Positions 43,658-56,593 of a DNA stretch of 61,601 nucleotides are shown here, one piece after another. Positions within the stretch are counted from its first letter, which is position 1. The number at the start of each line of letters is the position of its first letter. Origin of the DNA: Rotaria socialis (Eukaryota); NCBI GenBank assembly GCA_905331295.1, contig CAJNYD010000496.1, forward strand, positions 124,001 through 185,601, in the 5' to 3' direction. The position numbers were made by a program, and so were the translations under genes. The notes beneath the pieces were generated by a model. It saw only the letters and a list, made by a program, of their open reading frames with translations, ran no database searches and had not been told where the DNA came from.

Positions 43658-46600
43658 CTAATGTTCAAATTTTCTTGATACAGTTGCTTCATGCATCAAT
43701 CGAATAATATCTTTTCGAGTTAAAATACCTTGAAGGCGGCTAGAACAAAAAAAAAGATCTTTTATAGATCTTAGACACAGAAAAAAAGATATTCAAGTTC
43801 TTACCCATTTTTGGTCACAAATATTTGTCTACAGCCCAATTTTCTGAACATATCTACAACTGCTTCCACTGGTGTTTGATCTGTAACGATAATTGGTGCT
43901 CTATCGACTAACTTATGCAATTGTAATGTTTTTGATGCTTGTAATGCTATTGATGCTCTACGCATTCCTAATGATGATGGTTGACCAGATTTATTTAATA
44001 AATTTGACATTGATACAAGAGATACTTTTCTATTCAGCAATGGCTTTGTTTGTGTAAGTGTTTGTTGCATTTTTCGTGATTTAAGTACAGCTAATAAATC
44101 TCGCCTTTGTAACTTGCCCACAATACAAGGAAAATCTTCGCTAATAATAACCGGATAAACTGAATGTGGATGATTACGAATAACTGAATCAATTTGTGCA
44201 ATGGTCATTCCATCTTGAATGATACATGCCAACGGAAGATTTTGACCCGAACGATTCGGACGTATTGCTTCACCAGCTTTCAAGGTAAATGGAAAACTTT
44301 CACGATTCTCTAAATAGAGACAAAAGAAAATTTTCGAGTTTTTTGTTTTCATTGCTTTTGGCTTTTATTTTCTCATTACTTAAATATGGATAACCACTCA
44401 AGTTCACATATTCCTCATAAATTCCTTCACCAAATGCATCTCCTACCCATTTTGCTGTTAATGCAGTAATCATCAATGGAACAATATAGGATAAACCACC
44501 CGTGACTTCACTCATAATAACCACAAGAGAAACAGTCATTCGACTAACTCCACCTAAAAAAGCACACGCACCAACAACAGCATAAAGTCCAGGTGTAACA
44601 CAATGTTCATTCGATACGCCACATTCATGTCTTAAAATAGCTAAATGTTGATTTTGAAATGCTACTTGTTCTGTTATAATACCAATAAGACGACCAGCAA
44701 TAGCTCCTATAGATATACTTGGAATAATTAAACCTGATGGAATTTTTGTACCAATAGTAAAAATAACTAGAGTTATTTGAACGATTAAAGCCCAAAGTAA
44801 TTGCCAAAGAGCACGATGAAGACCAGGACCAGCTACAGCAGCATACAATTTAGCTGTGGCCGTTCCTATTGGTTTTTCGCGTTCATAATCACTATAATCA
44901 TAAAGTACATTTATGCATTATTTAATATGTGATCATTCAAGAAGCTTAACATCGATCAAAGATCTATGTTGAATACTTTTTTGTTTTTTTTTATTTCGAA
45001 GAAAAAAGAATGCAATTTGAAATAATGCTCGGAGATTTGTTAGTAATTTCCAATACATATATTTTACCACACCATAGTGCTTTGCGACTCGTTTTAACAT
45101 AAATCATCAATCAATTTCATTACAAATATTTATCTGAAAGTTAAATCTTTAAAGAAAAACGAGAAAATATTCTCGAAATTCCAAATGTGTTTATTGTTGA
45201 TGATATAAATACTATTAGATAAAACAATGTGTGATCTTTTTTAATTTGATGAAGATCCGAAACTATTTACTAAACTAGATCATTGAGTTACAAGAAAAAA
45301 CTTTGAAATCTTCACTCAATTAGTTATGAAACTTTGTGGATTATCGAAAACCAACGAATACGAACATAGTTCTTTTTATCAAACTTAATAAAAATATTTT
45401 AAGCTCCGACAATGGATTATTCACAATCGTTTTCACAATTCTGATATTATATGTTTTAGAAACGTAACAATTATGTTTGGACAACTTAAACAGGTCAAGA
45501 CCTATTTTAGGTAGAAACAAAAAATGACGTGAAATGCAATATGTTAAAAGCGAGTATTTTGGTAAAACAATACCGTATCAATTCAGGCAATCTTTTCGAT
45601 TTCAGTAGAAAACAGAGTTTCAATGTAACTTCGGATATTTCTTGATGATATTTTTGAATGTTATAGAGCTTATAACAAAAAATGGTTTGTTTTTTAATTC
45701 TATGCCAACATATTAGATATATCAACTTATGCAGCACAAGAAATGATTAGTGCATGTTCTTCGTTCAAAAGTAACTTTTACACTTCTAAAAGAGCAACTA
45801 ATAATTCTGAAATCGAAATTTCGATACATATTTTAAAGCTGTATTCCTGCAAAGCGAGGATTAGACAAATAACTGATTGGTGACATAAATGCTCGTTTCA
45901 AGTGGAAAAATGACGTTCAGGTCAAAAATGCTTGAAAACTAAACTTAAGATAAAGACACTAAACAAATCAACAGTAACAAAAATTTACCTTACCCAACCA
46001 CGTCAGATCACTGTAAAAATGAATTTGCAGCGGATAAATGAAATAGTCAGTGGGAATAATGCTTTGGATAAATGAAATATCATTTTTCCTATAGGAAGAA
46101 AAACGGGAGCATATGTGATTGAAGTGAACATTCGTTTATTCGCAATAAGTAAGAAATGATTTTACTCGGTACCAAAGATGCGGGGAAAATTTACAGTCGG
46201 TCAGATTATGGTTGACTCTCGTTTAAAGAAAGATCGGTAAATTGGTATGAAGATGGGGTGCCGAAAGTCATTTACGATGGCAGGGAATGGTTTCACAGTT
46301 TTGTGATGACGCGTGACGAATGACTAAGACCTGGTAAAAAGGTTGTTTCTAAATAATGATTTGGAAAGAAGAAATGCAATGAAAGAAAATGTAAATGTTA
46401 ATGAAAACTACTCCTATTTGGTGTTTATAAAGTTCTTTATAGCATGGATTATGCTGTATTTGCACGGATATCTTTTCTGAACAGTGACGACAAAAGTATT
46501 CGATATAAATTTAGTATACACACGCTGACTTGCACTTACAGAGTTTGTCTTCTGTTATGGCCAGAACGGAAAAAAATTCATTTTTGACCTGAACGACACT

Positions 46601-48661
46601 TTTCTGCTTCAAATTAACATTTATCTCACCGATCGATTTTTTGTCTACTGCTGTGCAAAGCACACACTACGGAGTTCAACATGATATTCTCTCTCTAAAG
46701 TTCTATCATCTCGATGAAAAGACAAAAGTTGTATGGATACCTGGTTTAATAATATTCGATTATGCATTTTAACAATAGAGAAATACTAGTAGAGACATAC
46801 CATAAATCCATATGATCTTCGACATGACATTGTCCTACTAAACGTCTTATTAGTTCGGGCATTGTTAATCTTAAATAAGTATTTGGATAACAAACAATAG
46901 CTGTTACTAAAGTTAAAATGATAACTTCGGCTTTTGGATATTTTCCAATAGTATGCGTCTTTTTATATTTTAACCAAGAAATATTCGTTTTTATAAACAA
47001 TGTTCCCCATAATCCGCCTAATGCACCAAGACCAATAAATGGAATAACTTCAAATGTTGCCCATGGTACATTATATTCAACAGGAAATTGTATTTCATGC
47101 CCATTACCATATGGATTTATTGTACGTACAACAAGAGCACCGACCATACAACAGAAAAATGTTCGCCATAATGTTTTGTATGGAAAATAATAACTTATTT
47201 CTTCCAAACTAAAAAGAATTCCACCGATTGGAGCACCAAAAGCAACAGAAACACCTGTAGCAGCAGCTGCAGATAAAATTTCACGTTTACGCGCTTCGTT
47301 GTTACCAAATTTAGGGAAAAGTTCTAAATTTTTTTATTAAATAAAGAAAACAATTGTATAAAAATTAAAATACAGCAAAGAATTAGAATGTTCATCTTAC
47401 TTGAAAATAAATTTCCACAACAACATGATATGTGTACAAATGGACCTTCTTTACCCACAATTAGACCTGCACTTGTTGCAAATATCATTCCAATACTTTT
47501 TATAAGGAATGTCCATTTACCCAAATAACCATACATAATAAAACCCGATAAAATTGTTTTTATTTCAGGTATACCTACAAGATATTTTAATAATAGTTTG
47601 ACAAATAAAACTTGTCATTTATTTACCTGATCCACTAGCATATGGTGCAGATCCAACAACAAGCACAACAATAAATGTAGCATAGATTACTGACCATAAT
47701 ATGAACATAAAATATCGGAAAAACCAACCACTAACCGATAATGCATCTATACCAAATATATCCGACCATGTTCTCCACTTAATTCATAGAATTTGAAATT
47801 ATTTCATAGTAATAATAAGCATAACTTACATATTTACATATTTCATTATGAACATCATCATATTCAACATCTCGTGAAGCCCAACAACATTGCTCTCGGT
47901 TAAGCCAAAATGCCGACGTACAAACACCTGTTCTCCAATGACTCAACCACTTTGCTCCAATATCAACAAAACCAGCTACAAGGCCTAGTTGAAAAAAAAG
48001 AAATAAAAATAATTAGAAATCTGAATTAATCTACCAGCTGAAACACCAACCAATAAAACACATATCCATCCACTCCATGTATCGAACCAAAAAGTAAATC
48101 TTTTCTTCCAACTTTGTTGTTGCTGTGAACGTAAATTACGATGACGAATACGATTGCGCATTAAATCTTTTAACCAATCGATTGTTTCGAAATTTTCATA
48201 ATGTTTGCGAATAACATACGTTACATTAGTTACTAAACATTAAAATAAAATCTCTAAATGATTCTATTCAAGGATATTTCACTTAGAATAATTTTCACCT
48301 TGTTCATTGTCATTCTTATAATCAAATTGACTATTATGATCATTATTATTGTTGTCACACATAGTAACAGCAGTCGTACTAGCACCTTGTGTATCAGCAA
48401 TTAAATCAAATTCTTCGCCACTCTCCTCTTCATCTAAATTAGGATTAACTGTTTGAGTATGATTTTGTAGATTATTATCTTCATCATCTTCGATACTAGG
48501 TACAGGTGACAGATTAAATCGAGCACGATTGTCTATTGATGGATCACCTCAAAACAAAATGAAAAATGATGAGCTTGATTTCGATTAAAATCAAATCTTT
48601 GCTATTACGTACGAGTTGATTTTCTTTCACTTCCACTATTGCTGTTGTTTACTGAAGCCAT
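43658..48661 (-). CDS. CLC-family H+/Cl- exchanger, CLC-3/4/5 branch, with two CBS domains
   Basis: [76 protein letters not shown]2 [32 protein letters not shown] 48659-48661, stop 43658-43660. Confidence 0.96.
45862..46647. mobile_element. Old non-autonomous DNA element with about 70-bp diverged inverted repeats in the large CLC intron
   Basis: tagacaaa..ggtgacataaatg..cgttcaggtcaaaaatg (45862-45930) matches the reverse complement of 46579-46647, including an exact CGTTCAGGTCAAAAATG core. True ends are uncertain. Confidence 0.7.
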
Positions 48662-51600
48662 GTGTTTAATGATAATGAGTCAAGGATAATTGAACAATCT
48701 GAGAATGAGAACGGTTAGATAAAAAAAAGATAGTATCTGTCAATAACAAAAAAAATCAAAATGCATTGTATTGAGCGATTGAGTCTTTTATTGTATAGGT
48801 ATCACTGTTGAGAACGTATGCATCATGTGAATCAAACCGTGTTGATTTCGATGTTTTTTTCTATCGTTCTTCGTTTCTTTCGTTTCGCATTCTTACACAT
48901 ATTCGCTCGTTTTCTGTTTTCGCTAATTGTGATGTTTATTCTTTACTTCAAGGTAAAAAAATAACTACTGTACACAATCCTTATTGATTTAACAAAATTA
49001 TACAAAAGGAGACACAGCATAACTGTAAAAAAAAAGAAATACAATAAATTGTTAGACGCACCCCTTTGTATGCTACATGATAATGCATCAAGCAGAAATT
49101 TCCTTGTTTTTGGATGATTCTTCTTAAATGATCAGAATTAATAAAACTATAAGTTAATTTATTTTTAGAAATATTGTTGTGGTAATCAATGCCAATAAGA
49201 TTAGCTTTGGCTGTTGCATCTTGTCACCTACCTTTTAAAGTATAGTCGTTGACATTTTTCTATGTCAAGTAGATCATTCTTGATATATGTTTTTTTACTA
49301 GAAAATAGTTGATAGAGACGAAAAAATTGACTCATAGATATAAAAGTATATCAATCTTTCTCTTGCCTCCTGAACGTTAGTATATACGCATTTATCTCTA
49401 ACCTTGAAACAAATAATGTACGTGATTTTCTTTCGTTACACGTACCGATCGACCGTTGAAGGATTTTTTTACTTTATGTGATTATGATGGAAACAATAGA
49501 AATACAAATCATCGTGTACTTTTTCTTCATCACAATGTAGCATTTTGCATATTACAGAGTAAAACAAACGAATGCTCATTGTTTTCATGCATCTATAGAA
49601 GAAAATCAAATCTATCTAAGTAAAAATACATAGCTATACTATTATCAATGTTTCCTTAAAGGAAAATTTGCAATAATAAATAGTACTATACAATGTTTTA
49701 TATTCGAATCAATTTAAGAATTTCTACAAAACAATTGAAATTTTCATTTAATCATATAGATTACATTTAAACTATACGAAAAAAACGAATAATATTGCAG
49801 AAGAGTCTACCTTCATGTCAAACTAAATTTCTTTGATTTCTTCTTGACTAGACTTCTATAGAATAATATTGTTTTTATCTATTTCGTATCGGAAACTTTT
49901 CATATTTATTTGCTTCTGTCGAACTATCAAACCTATAATTTATTTTCTAATCTTAAATTGATTCTAATATTTGCAAAGCTATATCATTGCTTTTTTTAAT
50001 CAAACGCAGCGTAATTTTTCGCAATAATATTACATGACTAAAACGAAGAGTAATAATAATAAGTCTACGATTATTTAACAGATTACCAGTTCCGCTATTG
50101 AATAGATTGAAATACTGATATGTTGTATAACATATATGAATAATTTGATTTCTAAAAAAACTATACAGGTGAAATATAGGTCATGTGGTGTGAACTCTCA
50201 TGAGCAGAATTTAAAAGTGTAAGATAAGCAAATAACTTTAAAAAAGCAATTGGTATATGAAAAGGATAATATCCACGAGAAAAATCGCAGTTGTTTTTAT
50301 ATAGAGAGTAATTCAATAATGTCAAAGTCAATATTTATAACAATAATACAACAAAGCACTGTTTTTCTATGGTATTTATGTGCTGATACAGTGCTTGATA
50401 GTAGTGTATGTTATTTAATTAAAAATAGGTATAGTTTGAATTATTTTTTTTAAACATATTGTCTTTTAAAAACTTGCATATAAGGAATATATAACAAAGT
50501 ATATTGAATCTGACTCGAGAAGTCAAATGTTGTAACTGAAATTAAAAAAATATGATACTGAAAATAGGTCATATCTATTGCAATTGTTTTGGTGTCTTTT
50601 GTTTTTGATTTATTCAGCAGATGAAATCGATCACTCACGCTCGTTGATTATCAATATTTAAATGAATCATCAATTGATAATAATCTTAAATGTTTTTTTT
50701 AATGATCCAACTGTAAAACTATGTATAAAATTATGCGTTCGTACAATTTTTTTATAAATCATCTATTATTTGCATTCTTCTAATTTTAACAATTGATGAT
50801 CTAATATCTGTTAAAACGCGTTGATTATTAAAATATATGATGATCTTTTATTAACTGCGAAATTTTTAAAAATAATAATAAAACGTAATAATCTTGTTGG
50901 CCAGTAGAAGACATATCGAAAAGAAATAAAATTTGAACACTCAGTAGCTAACATTCATTGTTATTGTTTTTCTTCTAAGCTAATTAACTTTCCTAAATTT
51001 CATTACAAAAACATTATTGAAATATATCAAAACTCATAATTTGACAGATTAATCGACGAGCTCTATCGAACTACGATAAAAATTCCAACATAAGTCTGCT
51101 AAAATTTTGATTCACCATCGACTTACATATAAAATCTTCAATGAACGACGATGGTTTACTTGTAGTTTGTCTCTTTATTTTTACATAGATTATTAGCGAT
51201 TTTGTTTTGATTATAAAGTCGAATGTAATAAAAGAAAACACGAATCGTCAATTTGATAACAATATTTCGGAATACTTTTTGATAAACAATTAAATATCAT
51301 ACAATTATCAAGCAATAGCTTGAAAAAGTACCTGCAATAGATAGATTTATCTTCGATTGCTACTTTTTTTTATATACTAAACTCATTCAAAAACAATTTT
51401 GGTTTCGTAAAAGATATATAACCCAGATAGTAATGAATGGAAAGAAGCTGTATCAATTTTCTAAATTTTTGTACTCTGCGAAAATATGAACTTCCGATTT
51501 CCAGGAATCCGGGATGAACAGATACTTGCTTTTCTTTAGAACCTGATTTATTTCCTAAAAAATAAATTAATAATATCAGTCAATGTAAGATTTAGTTTTT

Positions 51601-53173
51601 TAAGGAATAATTAATTTGATTTCGACTGGAGCACCTTCTTCTGGGAATATATGCCGATCTTCAATTTTCGAAAATTTTTATTTCATAGGCTTTTCATTTG
51701 TTTCCTAGCCTTCATTTTTTTAATGGAAATGAGTACTGTAGAACTTGATCAACGTAACAAGCATACTCGTTTTCTACTCTAAGCTATATTTTTTTTGACA
51801 ATATTCATATGTCAGTGTCTGATCTATTGAAATTTTCCCTATATAAATGTTGCAATGTTTGTTTTGGATTGTAGCACGATAGATGAACATTTGAAGATTC
51901 AGTAAGACAATTAATGCTCCGCCGTTCAAATAAGCAAGACAAAAATTAATACTAGATCGTTTATTCATTATGAGAAAATGTATGTAAATATGCAGCTTCT
52001 TATCATATTAAGAATGTGAGTGTAACCTTTTATGCGTTCATACGCATAGATTACTTCATGCGTCTATGAAATATTTGAAAACTAAACAAAAAAATACTCA
52101 ATAATAGCTGACAGATTGATGCGTCAACTTTGTAAATCTGAATTATCGTGTTAAATATGAACTAAATGACAAGTTAGAACAATCAATTTTGATTTTTCAT
52201 TTGATATCAAGAGACTGATTCTTTGAATCAAGTCGTATCTCTTTTAAATTCTTCATGTTCATGCTTACTTACCGAATAAGACTACTTTCTTGTATTACTG
52301 TAAGTTTATTACTATGTCAAGCTATGGACGACTCATCTGTCGGTGTACTTTTTATAATAGTCTAAATGGTTTTGTTTTTTGAAGAAACAGTAGCGACTGC
52401 TGGATAGAGCTTACAGAGTATTATCCATCAAAACAGTTGACTAAACAAACATGCATCATATTTCGCATATGATGATGAGATTGAACTCTTATACCTGATT
52501 TGGCAAAGAAAACTTTTTTAAACATTTCTTTGACACTATTTAATATTTGATCAAGATTTCCAGATATCAGTTCAATTATAAATTCCAATCCATACGAAGG
52601 GCATGTTTTCATTTTACAAGACTAAGTTTCGACTAGACTATTAGCTAAAAAAACTTACAGAATATCATATGCAGAACATTTGATGCAGTTATTTTGTAGA
52701 AACATGCTATTGGTTAAGACAAAATAAACATGAAAAAAGATTTTCCTACATAGTAATGTTTGCTTAGTTAATAATCTTTCTCTATGATTTAATCGGTTTT
52801 CTAGATGCGAACATGATTCATCATCACTTTTTCAAATATTTGGAACATATAAATGAATTTTTTTATTTCAGTTTCAAAAGTCTGTAATTTTTCATAGTAT
52901 ATTGAGATATCCTCTTGATTCAAAAAATAGAAATATGATTGCAGGTGAAACGTATGAGCTACAGATTTCTGTAAAAACCGGTATTGCTTTCTTTTTTAAC
53001 TTAATCATTGCGTTATATATTTAATAAAAAAGCTTGCTAGCACAGCCCTTTTGGGACTAAAGTGTGGAACTCACATGTATCCCTTCGGTTTACTAGAATA
53101 ATTCAAAATAGTTCATCTGAAAAATCTACCCTGATCTCCAAAACCTATAATTAGGTCATTGCCTATTTGATTA

Positions 53174-53360
53174 TGTCTGTAATGGAGTATTAATTGTTAG
53201 CTCGGATATTTAACAATGGCAGAGACTAGCTACTATGGTCTGTCATGGGTAAGCATTGTTTTTTTTCGCGTGTCTGTAATTAAAAAAGGAAGAAATAGCA
53301 GCCTAATTACTCAAGCTCCTAATTAGCGCAATTTTAAACTTATTAATGTCTGTAATGGGG
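53174..53360. repeat. TGTCTGTAAT subrepeats ending in GGGG at the assembly N; probable TE terminus
   Basis: Motif at 53174, 53271 and 53347, with a variant at 53238; layout resembles the TIR of the 13166 element. Confidence 0.5.
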
Positions 53361-53361
53361 N

Positions 53362-53869
53362 AACAGACGAACGCTAGCAAACCATATTGAAGCGTTGGTT
53401 GTCGCAAAAAAAAACTTGCATGAATTAAACTATTATAGTTCTTAAACGTATCTCGCTTTTAAACTTACACTCATCATTTTCTTCGAAAATATAAGTGATT
53501 TCCACAAAAACATTGAACGATCTATAACCTCGTTGTTAACAATTATTGCTGACTAAAAAAATAATAAGATCAAGAGACTTTTTGAAGAAAAGAATTCTAT
53601 ATTTTTAAGCATGAAAGACAATATCAAATACACTGTTTCTTTTTTTTCACCGATATCATTATAATATCTACTAATCTAGTCAGCGTATTCTCTAATGAAC
53701 ATTCTATTAGGTTATTATATCGTATATATTTTAGAAGCTTTGAGAGAAGAATCTTATTGACAGTGTCAGAAAAATCGAGATACGTTTAAGAACTATAATA
53801 GTTTAATTCATGCAAGTTTTTTTTTGCGACAACCAACGCTTCAATATGGTTTGCTAGCGTTCGTCTGTT
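53362..53869. repeat. Perfect 94-bp inverted repeat (53362-53455 / 53776-53869) with a 320-bp spacer
   Basis: Base-by-base reverse-complement identity; the left arm starts immediately after the N at 53361. Confidence 0.95.
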
Positions 53870-54365
53870 TGTTGCTTGAGTATTTTCCGGTAATTACATT
53901 ATCGCTTTTAGCTCGATCATTTGCAAATGATGATGATGATGATGTTTGATAACTTCGATCTATAAATATAATGTAAAACATGTATGCACTCAAATTTAAA
54001 ACGAGAAATCTTACTTGCTGATGTTGATGTTGATGCTACTGCTGCTCCTTGTCTTTTTTTTACTTCTTGCTGTATGCGTTCAGTTATTTTATCAAGTGTT
54101 TCAACAGGATAATCTAGTTCTTTTTGAATTTGACGTATTGGTCGTGTCGTTATATGTCGTCGATGTCGGTCAGTGTCATCATCTTCAGAATTTATGTTTA
54201 AACTCGATAATAAACGATCGGATTCTCCGCGTGTATACTCATAGTCCTATTGTAAAATTTAATCAATCCATTAAAATTAAAATCTAAATAAAATTAATAT
54301 CTTACTTTAGCACGTAAAATTGCTTCTTTTTCTAAGCGTCGAACTTTTCTTGAAGATCCCGGCAT
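53841..54365 (-). CDS. Small 3-exon hydrophilic orphan protein (about 135 aa)
   Basis: MPGSSRKVRRLEKEAILRAK|DYEYTRGESDRLLSSLNINSEDDDTDRHRRHITTRPIRQIQKELDYPVETLDKITERIQQEVKKRQG...|NRSYQ...NKQTNASKPY*. Two short GTAAG..TAG introns keep the frame; missed by the ORF track. Confidence 0.75.
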
Positions 54366-55611
54366 GTTTGAAAAATACCGCGTGATGCGAGTTCCTTCCT
54401 ATGTCTTGCTATACTGCTGGTATTGCGTGTGATAATAATAATAGCAATAACGATGGCGGAGAATATGATAGATTTTCTTCTCGTTCGTCGCATGGGGATG
54501 AAGCTACGACCCCAACATCTATTATAAGTCGGATGCGTCAGAAAAACTATGCTGCCACAGAAAGAAAAATAATATATACATACATGGCATTACTATGTCC
54601 TATCCGGTTTTATTCTCCACGATACGTATGAAACGAATAACAAAAAAGTTAGTATATGACGTCAAATAAGCACAACAATCGTATGCAGTTATTAGTTTGA
54701 TCTGTATTTAGTGAAGCATACAAGAGATGATGAATTGCAGCGTATTCCAATATTCCAATGTTCCATATGTTCTTTTTGCTTCCTTCCAGTGACAAATGGG
54801 GAAAATAACATCAACATTTGTAAACACCATTTTTCATACGTGACATTGAACATTAAAAACTAATGATGTCTATGAAAAGTTCTATTTTCAAACTCTAGTC
54901 ATTGAAAATCTTCTGTAATTTAATTAATATAAGATAAGACTTTCTACATCGTTCAAGAATTCAACAAACTATTAATGTCTAAGTTAAATTCAATTTATTT
55001 TAAAACTTACCTATTCTGATCTTCACTCATGTCTAGACCTGAGTATGGTACAGATCTCATTCACCTGCTAACTGTAATTAGATAGAACTGATGTTGAAAA
55101 AAGATGATGAAGAAGATATGAAAATCCATTTTATCGATGATACATATCGCTTTTAGTTTATAGTATGGCAAGTCTTACAAAAAGGATCTATGGATGATAT
55201 ACATTATTTTTATTTTTATTTTCCAATGGTTATGAAAAGCTTTATACAATTATGTAATCTTTTTTTACTCGGAAAGTTTTTGTAAAATTTGCAAAAACAA
55301 ATTTAATTCATACATCAACACTGTCGTCGATATATAATTACGTGTATACTAGTGATTGATACTTTATAAATGATTTCATAGGAAAAATAAAATTTTGATA
55401 TAGATCACATCTTTTTTTGTGATGGCATTGTCGCCAATAGTTATTGCTTCAGAGATTCAAGATAGATAGACAAGTTGCCGTTATATATAAAATACTGATT
55501 GGCTCTTTTTGACATTTTAATATTAAAACAGATTATGCATTTTAAAAATTAATCACATTTATAAACAGTTACACAGTATAGGTAAAAGAATAATTGTTTT
55601 CTTTTATTTCG

Positions 55612-56557
55612 CTAGAGTTTTTGATTAAGACTGTTGTTCAGTGCTAATGAGCTGTTGAGAAGTGGTATGAATTGATTGACTCGGAAGATTGGTGATAAAA
55701 AAGTTACAGATGCAAAAAGAATTACAACAATACCAAACAGTTTCATGCCAAATCCGACCTTAATTAAATCTATAATTCTAACGTTGCCACTTGAGAATAT
55801 CATCGCATTAGGCGGCGTAGCTATAAAGAAAACACTTGCTTCGAATCTGTATGAAAGAAAAAAAACTTACCAATGGGTAACATGAATGAGAGCGAGACGC
55901 TCATACATGAAGGTATAATCAAACGGGCTGCATGAATTCCTGTTATTTTTGCCTATGAAATAAAATGCAATAGGAAGACTGTTAAAAAAAATTGAAATCA
56001 ACGAGATGTTATTATACGAAAAACTAGTTAGCAAACTAAATAAATACAGTTTGTGTATTAGCTAGTTATATATCTGGTCATCAAGAAAAACTAACTATAG
56101 AACTACCAGTTAAAATAAAATTTCATAACTATTACATCTTTTAAGCTGCTATTAGTTGCTACAAAGCTTTCCTTGTACAATTTTTAATGAGTGATCCATA
56201 TCGTATAATTGTTTTTTTAGCCGATGATGACGTAGTGGTTCTATGGATCTGATTATTAATCAGACATGAAAAGGTTCAATCCCTTCCCTCGGCGCGGTGT
56301 CTTCGGTGTCAAGATATACGGTATCGGAAAAATAAACAAGGGAAGAACAGTACTGCACGCTAATTTCGTCATCACTGTGTCGATTTTCGACTTTCGTTGT
56401 TTGTTTTCGTTTTCTCTTCCTTGTCATCCTTTCTCTGTTTGTTATCGTGGTCTTGTCTGTTGACTCTTGTTTTCGTAAGCGTCCACACAAATGATACAAA
56501 AAAATCACAAAAATATGTACGGATGTCACGAATAAATATAGTGCATAAACCAAAACA

Positions 56558-56593
<36 letters not shown>

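Noticed and set aside
44300..44380. Apparent frameshift or GC-AG intron in the CLC gene (overlapping track ORFs)
   Set aside because: A canonical intron (TTA A|GTAATG...TTTAG|AG AAT) restores GYPYLKNRESF.
48700..53150. Short ORFs in the long intergenic region
   Set aside because: AT-rich with no splice-consistent model or recognisable motif.
53174..53360. Repeated TGTCTGTAAT as a CRISPR-like array
   Set aside because: The repeat is only 10 bp, spacing is irregular, there are no cas genes and the context is eukaryotic; it fits TE subterminal repeats.
54015..54631. + strand ORFs 54015-54287 and 54401-54631
   Set aside because: The first is the antisense shadow of the - strand orphan gene; the second overlaps its likely promoter or 5'UTR and lacks support.
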